Below are positions 10,151 through 20,400 of a stretch of DNA of 64,000 bases, in pieces (position 1 is the stretch's first letter; each line of letters opens with the position of its first letter). The DNA comes from a virus. Lineage: Duplodnaviria; Caudoviricetes. The notes under the pieces were generated by a model. It was not told the DNA's origin. It did no database searches and saw only the letters and a list, made by a program, of their open reading frames with translations. The position numbers were made by a program, and so were the translations under genes. The stretch lies in IMG/VR virus record IMGVR_UViG_3300046170_000323. One strand, written 5' to 3'.

Positions 10151-11529
10151 GGAATACTACCGAAAGGTATATCCTTATCTGAAACCAGATTACTTTGAAG
10201 ACTCAAATCTGCGCAAGGTGTTTGACACCTTCGCAGACTACGTTGAGAAGTACAAAGAGCAACCTTCCTTGGAAGCTCTTAAACTCACACTAGACAAAAG
10301 AAAAGACTTCAACGAAGACAGTTACTCACAAGTGATGTCTGTGGTCAATACTTTTGCACGTGATGAGGAAACAGATAACAAGTTCTTGGTTGATGAAACT
10401 GAAAAGTTCTGCCAAGACCGTGATCTGTATAATTCTATACGGCAATCAATTCAGATTCTTGAGGGTGAAGGGGGTGGACTCGAAAAGGGTTCCATCCCCA
10501 AACTTCTTTCAGACTCTCTTGGGATTAGTTTCGACACCAGTGTTGGACACGACTTCCTAGAAGACTTTGAAGGTAGATATGAATTCTATCACCGTAAAGA
10601 AGAACGCATCCCCTTTGATATTGACATCATGAATAAGATTACCAAAGGTGGTCTGCCTCGTAAGTCTATGACTGTACTACTCGCCACGACTGGTGGTGGT
10701 AAGTCATTGATCAAATGTCACATGGCTGCGAACCATCTCATGTACGGTAAGAATGTTCTGTACATCACTATGGAGATGGCAGAAGAAGAGATTGGTAGAC
10801 GTATTGATGCAAACATCATGGACGTGACTATTGATGAGATATCAATCACTCCACGTGATGTGTTCGAGAAACGTATGAACAGGTACAAGTCTAAGACGCC
10901 AGGCAAGTTGGTTATTAAAGAATACCCAACTGGTTCTGCACACGTTGGACATATGCGACATCTGTTAAACGAACTTCGTATGAAAAAGAATTTTCAACCA
11001 GATATCATATTTGTTGATTACCTCAACATCTGTTCATCTGCACGTGTTCGTGGCGCAGCCGCAGCCAATTCATACACATTGGTGAAATCTATAGCAGAAG
11101 AGGTACGTGGTCTTGCGATGGAATTTAATTGTGCTGTGGTTACTTCGTCTCAATTCAATCGTGATGGTTATGGGAATAGTGACGTTGACCTTACTAATAC
11201 TAGCGAAAGTATGGGGATAACACACACAGCAGACGCAATCTTTGGTCTAGTTACGACAGAAGAACTAGGATGATCTTGGTCAGATTATGATCAAACAACT
11301 CAAAAATCGTTGGGGAGATCTTGGTTATTACAGAAAGTTCCTTGTAGGGGTTGACAGATCCAAGATGAAGATATATGATTTAGAAGAGAGTGCACAGGAC
11401 AATATCGGTCAGTCAAGTGACGATAGAGTAAATGGAAACAAGCCTGATGACACTCCTCTATTTGATAAAACTTCTATTGGTACAACTAAGAAGAAGGACA
11501 TTTTCAGTATGACTGAAGGCCTTCAATAA
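10110..11529 (+). CDS. 41: gp41 replicative DNA helicase, split by probable extra G at 11268
   Basis: LATTGGGKS Walker A, YITMEMAE, VDYLNI, SESMG; C-terminal IKQLKNRW in ORF 11287. Confidence 0.93.
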
Positions 11530-11530
11530 T

Positions 11531-11538
11531 GATAAATA
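11531..11538 (+). promoter_or_regulatory. T4 late-promoter-like octamer GATAAATA
   Basis: One mismatch to TATAAATA, 33 nt before ATG 11571. Confidence 0.45.
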
Positions 11539-11570
11539 GGATTACAGAAACATCTAAAACGAGTGAAAAG

Positions 11571-12629
11571 ATGAAATCCTTTAAACAACACCTCACCGAA
11601 TCTATTAAGGCAGAGGACTTTGAGGCTGCTATTGTAATTGGTTGGCACGAAATCACAGGACAGGAACTAAATCCTAGTGATGCTGGTATATCTGATAAGG
11701 TATACCAGTCTCTCGTTGCACAACCAGAATATATCGAAGCAGGCAAAAAGATTGCCACGTCTATCCAGAAACATTTCAAGTTAGGTAATAACGTGAAAGC
11801 AGAACAGTACGGACGTGCCAAGTCCAAACTGACTGGTTTTTGGAAAGGATACGGTGCTTCAGATATCACACCAAAGACTGATATCCTAATCGGTGACAAA
11901 AGATTGTCTCTAAAGATTGGTATGGCACAGTTGATGTCTGGTGGTAAATCAGAGTCAACTGCAACCTTTTATGCGGCTCTAGAAAAATCACAGATCAATG
12001 AATCTGCACAACTGGGTAAGGTAACAAAGATCTTTGACGACTTCGTCACTGCATCACTTGCGCCAGGCAAACTAAGACCTATCATCAAGTCAGGCGAGAA
12101 TGAACTCGTCAACCGTGGTGAGAAGGCACACAAATTAGTTATGCAAGAACTTGGTACTCTGTTCGAAGAGAACGAGAAGTTCAAGATTGAATTTGCACGT
12201 GAAGCAATGTCTGGTTTCATGAAGTACGGTGAGAACGCAAATGCTGCTGCAGAATTCATGGTGGTATCAGATCACGCAGGTTCCTCTACAAAGATTACAT
12301 CAGTATATGACGATGCGTACTGTAAGAAGATCGCAGATCAGATGAAACTACAAGCACGTTTCAAAACGTCATCACGCAAACTCAAAGGTAAGAAGACAGG
12401 CGAGTATAACTTCTGGTCTGTCATTTCTCTTATCGTAGATGCTAAACTAAACGAAGACGTTGACACTCTTGACGAGAACATGTTCAAACGTATTGTTTCT
12501 AAAATCAAAGGTAAACTGGGTAACGCACTTAAGAAGGCGAAGTCTTTTGTTAAATCAAAGGCATCAAACGTTCTTAAGTTTTTCGGCGTTGAACCCGATA
12601 TCAAAGTAAACGACAAGGTAGAATTCTAA
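11571..12629 (+). CDS. putative head-internal protein with possible PD-(D/E)XK-like fold
   Basis: N-terminus MKSFKQHLTE; TPKTDILIGDKRLSLK resembles a D...xLK nuclease core. Confidence 0.45.
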   Translation: MKSFKQHLTESIKAEDFEAAIVIGWHEITGQELNPSDAGISDKVYQSLVAQPEYIEAGKKIATSIQKHFKLGNNVKAEQYGRAKSKLTGFWKGYGASDITPKTDILIGDKRLSLKIGMAQLMSGGKSESTATFYAALEKSQINESAQLGKVTKIFDDFVTASLAPGKLRPIIKSGENELVNRGEKAHKLVMQELGTLFEENEKFKIEFAREAMSGFMKYGENANAAAEFMVVSDHAGSSTKITSVYDDAYCKKIADQMKLQARFKTSSRKLKGKKTGEYNFWSVISLIVDAKLNEDVDTLDENMFKRIVSKIKGKLGNALKKAKSFVKSKASNVLKFFGVEPDIKVNDKVEF

Positions 12630-13873
12630 TGCAAAAGTTCAGTCAGTTTACTAATTTGTTATCAGAAGAAAAAAACCTTCACATGACACATGCAGAGGAT
12701 GCAGTGATAGATGGTGGAGTGACTGGTACACGCAACGTAATTAATTACCTTCGTGCAATTAGAGATATGTTAGGTGGTAACACCAAAGCGCCTGTAAACC
12801 TTTCAGTAAAGTGGGATGGTGCGCCTGCAATCTTTGCAGGGGTTGATCCATCAGATGGTAAATTCTTTATTGCAAAGAAAGGTGTATTTAACAAAAACCC
12901 AAAAGTCTATAAGACTGCCCAAGAAATTGATGATGATAGTTCTATTAAAGGTGACCTCAACTCCAAATTTAAAGTAGCACTTTCAGAGTTCTCAAAACTT
13001 GGAATTGAAGGAGTGATACAAGGTGATTTCCTCTATACTACGGAAGATCTTTCGACGGATGCTATTGATGGAGAATCGTATGTTACTTTCCATCCTAATA
13101 CGATTGTTTATGCGATACCAAAGAAAAGCGAACTCGCTAAAAAAATATCAAGATCCAAGATCGGTGTGGTCTGGCATACAGTCTACAGAGGAGAATCTCT
13201 TGAGACAATGTCTGCAAGTTTTGGAGAGAAGATTACACCTAATCTCAAAGAAGTAAAATCTGTATGGGCAGTTGATGCCGTATTCGAAGATAAGTCTGGT
13301 AGTGTAACCATGACTGCAAAAGAAACGGCGGCGGTGACTAAGAAACTGAGTGCCGCTGGAATGATCTTCAGAACAATCAAAAAAGATATCCTTAATGAGT
13401 TAGGAAACAACGAAGAGTTGAACCTACGTGTTAACACGTTCATTAATACTAAAGTTCGTGAAGGACAACGTATTGGTAATCCTAAAACATTCGTTAAGGG
13501 ACTTGTAAAATATATTCAAGACTACTATCAAAAAGAAGCCGACAAAAAGAAAACTGAAAAAGGTAAGAAGACGCAGACAGATAAGATGTCTAAAGCGTTG
13601 ACAATGTTCAGTGACAAGAATACCAAAGAGATCGAAAAGGTATTCGAACTCTACAATCTATTAGTCGACACCAAGTTGATGGTTCTTGACAAACTTAATA
13701 AAGTAGATAGTTTAAAAACATTCCTTAAAACAAATAAGGGATATGAAGTTACTAATCCAGAAGGATTTGTTGCAATGGATCACTTGGGTAAGAACTCTCT
13801 TAAACTCGTAGATCGCCTTGCATTTAGTAAGGCAAACTTTGATCCTCAGTATATCAAAGGATGGCAGAAATAA
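12629..13873 (+). CDS. ligase/nucleotidyltransferase-like protein (DUF6267-like)
   Basis: KWDG, QGDFLY, PEGFV and KLVDR resemble ligase motifs I, III, IV and V. Confidence 0.55.
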   Translation: MQKFSQFTNLLSEEKNLHMTHAEDAVIDGGVTGTRNVINYLRAIRDMLGGNTKAPVNLSVKWDGAPAIFAGVDPSDGKFFIAKKGVFNKNPKVYKTAQEIDDDSSIKGDLNSKFKVALSEFSKLGIEGVIQGDFLYTTEDLSTDAIDGESYVTFHPNTIVYAIPKKSELAKKISRSKIGVVWHTVYRGESLETMSASFGEKITPNLKEVKSVWAVDAVFEDKSGSVTMTAKETAAVTKKLSAAGMIFRTIKKDILNELGNNEELNLRVNTFINTKVREGQRIGNPKTFVKGLVKYIQDYYQKEADKKKTEKGKKTQTDKMSKALTMFSDKNTKEIEKVFELYNLLVDTKLMVLDKLNKVDSLKTFLKTNKGYEVTNPEGFVAMDHLGKNSLKLVDRLAFSKANFDPQYIKGWQK

Positions 13874-14244
13874 TGGCAAACGTACATTACCTAAAACGAT
13901 CACATAACGAAGCAGTAATCAAAGTATACGTAACAGACTCATCTGGTGATACGGTTGATGTGGCTTTGTCAGACCTTATTGCTGATGGGGAAACATTTGA
14001 CTGCAGGTACAGGCTTCAGTAACTATTAAAGAAATCTTTTGGGGTTGTAAACACAATAAACACATAGACATCTCACGATGGGATGGAGCAAATGCGCACG
14101 GTCATTACTATCTCGTAAACTCAGGTTCTCAACGAATATGTTGGCTTTGTAGATGATGTATACTCAGGAAGAGATATAAGAATCATAGGTGATGGTGAAT
14201 TCCATTGTATAATGAAATTAACTAAGGTTAGTGGATATTCGTAA
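13873..14244 (+). CDS. hypothetical protein (about 120 aa) broken by about three probable indels
   Basis: ATG 13873 MANVHYLKRSHNE; pieces ASVTIKEIFWGCK and EYVGFVDDVYSGR...SGYS* in adjacent frames fill the gap. Confidence 0.45.
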
Positions 14245-14267
14245 CAGATTAGAAACGGAGAACAGTT

Positions 14268-14618
14268 ATGTTGAGAAGAATACCAGCAGTATTGTTAGGT
14301 ATTTTCCTAACAGTACCATTTAATGCACAGGCTGAACAGTTTGTGATGCCCATTGGGTTGAGGTGTGACACTGATGTCAACAACATCATAGACATGGTTC
14401 AAACAAAATATGGTGAAATTCCTTTCGCCAGTTCCGAAACTTTGGTACAAGTAGTACCACAGGGTACATGGTTGCCAGGCGTTACCTTGCAGTTTATCAA
14501 TCCCACATCTGGTTCATTCAGTATGATTATGATGGACGAAGCAACAGGTGCAGGGTGTATGGTAATCGCAGGTCAAAAAATGACTTCCGTTAATGGTTAT
14601 AAACCAACTACTAAATAA
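14268..14618 (+). CDS. hypothetical secreted protein
   Basis: Signal-peptide-like N-terminus ending AQA; GGAG RBS. Confidence 0.6.
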   Translation: MLRRIPAVLLGIFLTVPFNAQAEQFVMPIGLRCDTDVNNIIDMVQTKYGEIPFASSETLVQVVPQGTWLPGVTLQFINPTSGSFSMIMMDEATGAGCMVIAGQKMTSVNGYKPTTK

Positions 14619-14641
14619 AAGAAAAACTTGGAGACTAGACT

Positions 14642-15205
14642 ATGGGAATGATACGTGATCGTGGACATGATGGTGGAAATACTTGGCGGTGGTTAGTCAT
14701 CGAAAAGATGGTACGTCAAAACGGATGGACTAAGGGCGCAGAACTTGGTGTGTGGCAGGGACAAACCTTCACGCATCTTGTACGTACTTGTAAAAACCTA
14801 AATTTGATTGGGGTAGATCTTTATGCACCTCAACCACAAAATAATGGGCCAGAGAAATGGACTGCAGGTGAAAACGGACACCCTTGGGATCACGAAACAT
14901 ATTACAATCGTATGAAACAGTTTTGCGCACAGTATCCAGATCGTGCATTTATTCATAAGGATTATACTACAGCGGTAGCAGACACATTAGAAGACGAGAG
15001 TCTCGACTTTGTTTTTATCGATGCGGATCATGGTTATGAAGGATGTTCACGTGATATTGACGCATGGGCTCCAAAGGTGCGTAAAGGTGGATACATCATG
15101 GGACATGATATTCACTTTGACACTGTTCTCAAAGCCGTGACAGAACGTTACGGTGATAACTATAACGTAGAAGACGACTTCATTTGGTGGGTAGAAAAAC
15201 AATGA
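14642..15205 (+). CDS. class I SAM-dependent methyltransferase (Methyltransf_24-like)
   Basis: GAELGVWQG, GVDLY, DFVFIDADHGY and GGYIMGHD motifs. Confidence 0.85.
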   Translation: MGMIRDRGHDGGNTWRWLVIEKMVRQNGWTKGAELGVWQGQTFTHLVRTCKNLNLIGVDLYAPQPQNNGPEKWTAGENGHPWDHETYYNRMKQFCAQYPDRAFIHKDYTTAVADTLEDESLDFVFIDADHGYEGCSRDIDAWAPKVRKGGYIMGHDIHFDTVLKAVTERYGDNYNVEDDFIWWVEKQ

Positions 15206-15852
15206 ATATCGAAAAGAAAATAACTCAGATCTGGATTGGGCCAAACCCTGCGCCGATGGCATGGATGGACACTTGGAAAGAAAAACATCCAGAATGGGAA
15301 TATGAAATATTTACAGATCAGATGTTGAAGGATCGCAAATGGATGAACCAACATCTCATCGAACACTATTATAATAACAAGAGATGGGCAGGCGTTTCAG
15401 ATCTTATCCGTTACGAACTACTACTAGAACGTGGGGGTTTCTTTCCAGAGGCAGACATGGAGTGTTATCATAACACTGATGAACTGTTTACTTCCCCACC
15501 ACATATTGCATATACTTGTTATGAAAACGAATTGTATCGTGCAAACTTTGTACAACCAGTTCTTGCTTGCAATCCTGGCAATATGTTTGTTCGTATGTTG
15601 GTAGAGACACTACACCAACTTCGTGCAGATCAACTGCATTACGAACCATTCAGATCTACAGGTAATGAGTTCTTGAGTAAACATATTCCAATGAACCTAG
15701 ACAAAGTAAAAGTCTGGCCTTCACATTACTTCATCCCACAGTTCTATGTACGTGAGTCGAAGAGATATGACGGTACTGATAAGGTCTATGCGGAACATCA
15801 TTGGGGTTCTACTGGAATGCCTTGGACAAAACAGTACTCAACTGCTACCTAA
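15202..15852 (+). CDS. glycosyltransferase, GT32/DXD sugar-binding family
   Basis: KITQIWIG, TWKEKHPEWEY, SDLIRYELLLERGG..EAD; start at ATG 15202. Confidence 0.8.
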   Translation: MNIEKKITQIWIGPNPAPMAWMDTWKEKHPEWEYEIFTDQMLKDRKWMNQHLIEHYYNNKRWAGVSDLIRYELLLERGGFFPEADMECYHNTDELFTSPPHIAYTCYENELYRANFVQPVLACNPGNMFVRMLVETLHQLRADQLHYEPFRSTGNEFLSKHIPMNLDKVKVWPSHYFIPQFYVRESKRYDGTDKVYAEHHWGSTGMPWTKQYSTAT

Positions 15853-15962
15853 TGCATGGTGACAGAGGAAATATGCTCACCGTAAAGGTAATGGTTATTC
15901 TATGTGTGGTTTTACACTTTGTAGTCATACCAATATGGATGTGGAGTTTAGGATTACATTGA
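15852..15962 (+). CDS. 36-aa hydrophobic small protein
   Basis: Coupled to both neighbours (TAATG, TGAATG); one TM-like segment; below ORF-track cutoff. Confidence 0.5.
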   Translation: MHGDRGNMLTVKVMVILCVVLHFVVIPIWMWSLGLH

Positions 15963-16724
15963 ATGTTTATATCACACAAATACAAATTTATTTTTCTTAG
16001 AGTTCCGAAGACTGCCTCAACTAGTCTTTCGGAATTCTTTGTTCGTAACATAGACGATCCAGATGCATTTTACACAGACGTAGATGATGCAAATCTTGAT
16101 GGGACTGTGCCTCATGATAAACTCAAAGAGATTAGAGGAGTACACGAACACTACAAACCCTTCTCACACCTACATTTAAATCTAAAAGAACTCGTTGATC
16201 ATGGTATAGTAACACCAGAACAAATCAACGAGTATTATTGTTTTGCGGTTCTCAGAGATCCTATTGAAAGACAAAAGAGTTTTTACTACTTCTTTAAGAA
16301 GTGGGAAGATGAGAGATCTGGTAAGAAACCCTATGATATAGACGATTACAAATTCATGGCACCTAATGGGTGGTTTGATGGTGACAAGGCAACAGGTGAA
16401 GATAACTCTAAACTACTTCAGTCCGATTTCCTCATGTATGATGGTAAACAACAAGGTGAGTATTGGTTATATGAAAATATAATGGATCACCTTATAGAGT
16501 TTATGAATAAACTTGATTTGGAAATAAAACACCCATTGAAAAAACACAAATCAAATTTTAGAGTAGATAAAATTGATGAGTCCAAGTCATTTAATTTTGA
16601 TCACCAAGCAATCACCTCAATGAGACATTATTATAAAAATGACTTCAACTTATATTCATTATTAAAGAGACAATATCATGCAGACACAACGAGCTTACAT
16701 ACTTACAATAGACAAACCAATTAG
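15963..16724 (+). CDS. sulfotransferase family 2 protein
   Basis: FIFLRVPKTASTS 5'-PSB loop and VLRDPIERQKS 3'-PB motif. Confidence 0.85.
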   Translation: MFISHKYKFIFLRVPKTASTSLSEFFVRNIDDPDAFYTDVDDANLDGTVPHDKLKEIRGVHEHYKPFSHLHLNLKELVDHGIVTPEQINEYYCFAVLRDPIERQKSFYYFFKKWEDERSGKKPYDIDDYKFMAPNGWFDGDKATGEDNSKLLQSDFLMYDGKQQGEYWLYENIMDHLIEFMNKLDLEIKHPLKKHKSNFRVDKIDESKSFNFDHQAITSMRHYYKNDFNLYSLLKRQYHADTTSLHTYNRQTN

Positions 16725-17404
16725 TCGTGAATACGCACAACATGCATCTGCTTCTTGTGATGAGATAGGTCTCAACTGGGAGTACTTCGAAGGTTGGTGT
16801 GATATCCCTGGCGTTCTTGCATGGGCAAGATCGGGGATTAATTTGCGTATAAACGAGGGGAGACCAATTAAACTTCCCCCTGCAGATCTGGATTACCCAC
16901 CAAATCCAAACTTACCTATGGGTGAGAAAGCAGAGTGTTGTACGGTTGGTCATGCTGCGATATGGAAAAAGATTGCAGAGGGTGAAGAGGATGTAGGTAT
17001 TGTGTTAGAACATGATGCAATTATGTTACATTCTGTGGACATTGAAATACCAGAGAATAATATGGTTGTTTTAGGATACAAACTAGACAAACCTAATAGG
17101 TATGATCATTTGACTGCAGGGCCCTGCAGTGAGACTTGTACCAATCAGAGGACATGAAGGTGCACATGCATATGCGATGACTAAGAAAACAGCGCAGATA
17201 TTGATTGATGAGATCGAAACAGGTGGTCGATTAGGGTGTGTAGATAATGCATATTTCATCTTAAATCAAAGACGCACAAAGGTTCCTCTATGTATCGCAG
17301 ACCCAACACCCGCTTTAGGTTGGTTAAGGGCATCTACTATTTGGCAGGAATCTGCACATGTTAACTACGAATTTCTTGATTCATTCAAACAGAATTATAA
17401 ATAA
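16678..17404 (+). CDS. glycosyltransferase family 25-like, split by probable indel at 17119-17124
   Basis: CCTVGHAAIW, VLEHDA and downstream GAHAYAMT motifs. Confidence 0.7.
17396..17403 (+). promoter_or_regulatory. T4 late promoter TATAAATA
   Basis: Exact consensus 33 nt upstream of ATG 17436. Confidence 0.8.
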
Positions 17405-17435
17405 ACAGTAAAACACAAATTACAAGAGAATAATC

Positions 17436-20400
17436 ATGTACAACCTCAAAGAAACTGACAAAAAAGAAAAGAAGTCCAAGAAGAAGGATGTGATGAAATT
17501 CAAAGAGTTTGATCCTTCTCAGTACATCGAAACAGAACCGACACTCAAAGAAGCAAAGAGTGATACGGTTGTGTTTTCTTTTGGTCGTATGAATCCAGTG
17601 ACTATCGGTCACGAGAAACTTGTCAACAAGGTTAAGTCTGTTGCTAAATCCATGTCAGCCGATTCACGTGTCTATCTATCGCACACGCAGAATAATCAAA
17701 AAGATCCCCTCAGTTATAAAGACAAATACCGATTTGCGAGGAAAGCATTCGGGCCAATCATTATACAATCAAAAGCGAGACAAGTATTCCAAATCGCAGC
17801 CGAACTCGAAAAGGCGGGATACAAGAACATCGTCATGGTTGTTGGATCTGATCGTGTAGAAGAGTTCAAAAGAATTCTAGACAAGTACAACGGTAAGGAC
17901 TACGACTTCGCATCTATCAAAGTTGTTTCTGCTGGCGCACGTGATCCAGACGCAGATGGTGTTGAAGGAATGTCAGGTACAAAACTAAGAGGTATTGCCC
18001 AAAAGGGACAGTTTGACGACTATACAGATGAGAAGGGTAAGAAACAATTCGGTTTCAAAAGTGCTGCTGCATCTAAGTTGTCAGACAAAGACAAGATGGC
18101 AATGATGAAACTTGTTCAGAAGAACCTCGCAGAGGCGGAACTTCAAGAAGCGTTGACCAGACAACAACGTATGCAACGTGCACGTACATTCCGTAGAATC
18201 AAACATAAGATTAAAAAGGGACGTGAACGGGCGTCAAGAAAACGTGCAGGTATCGACAAGTTGCAGAAACGTGCCGCAAAGGGTGCAAGAAATCTCTTGA
18301 AAAAGAAAATGACTAAGGGACAAGACTACAAACAAATGTCTTATGGTCAAAGACAACAGGTCGATAATCGTCTGAAGAAAGTATCTCCTGCCCGTCTAAA
18401 AGCATTATCTAAACGTCTCTTACCTTCAGTGAAGAAGAAAGAGATGGAACGTATTAAGAACCGTAATAACAAATCTGAGGGTGTTGCACAGGACAGACAA
18501 GTCAAAGACATGCCGGGCACACAGCCAAAAAAGTACTATAGCGGGCTTGATAAAAAGGATAAGGAATCACGTGCAAGACAGTTTGCACGACAGGCGAAAA
18601 TGTCTGATGATGATCCACGTGCTTACAAACCCGCTCCTGGCGATAAGGAAGCGAAGACCAAACCGTCAAAACATACTAAGAAGTTTCAACAGATGTATGG
18701 TGAAGCAGATGCAGTTGCGGCTGCAAGAGAACGCATCAAACGTGAGAAACAGTCTGATAAAGATAAACACGATGCAATGATGGATCGTGCAAGAACTCAG
18801 GATACCAGATCTAAGAATCAAAAGACTGAGGCAATCTCCCCTGCACAACAGGCTGCGATTGCTATTGCAAAGAAAGCAAAAGGTCAGAAACCTAAGAATG
18901 AAGATGACGATCCATGTTGGGATACTCACAAGCAAGTTGGTATGAAGAAAAAGGGCGGCAAGATGGTTCCAGATTGTGTCCCTAAAAACGAATCAATTGC
19001 AGAAGAAGTTTCTCAGAAACAGATCAATGACCTAGAGAAATTTGCAGATCGTATTCTTGCGAAGTTCAAGATTGACGTGGAGTTTACTAAACACTTCGTT
19101 GATAGAATGAACGACAAGAGAAACACACCAGAAATTAAAGTTGCAGAACTTCAAAAGTTATTTAAAAAGATACAGAAGAATAAGGGCAAAGATGTTAAAG
19201 ACAATGAGGGTATTGAAGCAGTTCTTAAAGATCTGTCATCTGACTTAAACCTTCCAGTTGTAATTAAAACAAAAGGTGACGAGATCGAACTCGTCAATAA
19301 GACCATTATGAGAAAAAAAGATTTTAAAACACCTTCTAAGGTAATCAAGTACGAACAGTTTTCAAACATGGACGAAGCATCACGGGCGGACATGAGAGTA
19401 CGTAAAAGACCACACATGATGTTGAAGGCAGGGAATGCTGGAGTCAAGTTCGATGGTCGTTTCAAAATGTACAAGAAGAAACAGGTACTGAAAGACGAAG
19501 AGAAACCGTTGGAAGAATCATTTGAATCTATGGAGAACATGATCTTCGATCTAATGGAATCAACTGAAGCCGTGATTGCGGAAGATTCAGGCGAAGCACT
19601 TAAGAAGAAAGCAGAAAAATCTGGAATGCCTCTTGGTATTCTAAAGAAGGTTTTTGATCGTGGTGTTGCCGCATGGAGAACAGGACATAGGCCTGGCACT
19701 ACTGCAACTCAGTGGGGTCTTGCACGTGTCAACTCATTTGTAACTAAGTCTAAAGGTACTTGGGGTAAAGCAGACTCTGATCTTGCCGCAAAGGTTAGAA
19801 AAGAATCTGTTGATGAGGAAAAAGAATTAGAAAAAATCTTAACTACGGATGGTCGTATGAAATCGTTTAAAGAGAAACTCAGAAAACTGGGTTATAAAAA
19901 AATCGACGAAGGAAAGTCTTCTTCTGGATACGAACTGTACCACAATGATTTCTCCTCTGCAATGAAACATGCATACAAACATGCGAAAGACAAACTGAAA
20001 GTGGATATCGATCCTAATGAGATCGATGACAAAGTGGCAACTGGGCCTCGTAAACCTTCTAAGGGTAAAACGAATTCATATCGTTTGACAGATAAGTCTG
20101 GTAAAAAGGCAGTACAGATCCAAGTGTACAACATGGACGGTAAAAAATACGAACTGAACATGTACAAGGAAGACTTGGACGAAGCACCTCGACGTAAACG
20201 CCCACCTAAAATGACTGGTGACTCTATTGCAATTCAACGTGCAAAAGACGCAGAACTTAACAAAGCTCTTGGTCGTACAAAGACTGGACGTAAGAAACCA
20301 GTACGCAAAATGACATCTACCCAACGTTCACTTGCGTCATTACGTGGGGAAGAAGTAGAAAACATTGATGATCAGTTTGACGCTATCATCAAAGAGGCAG

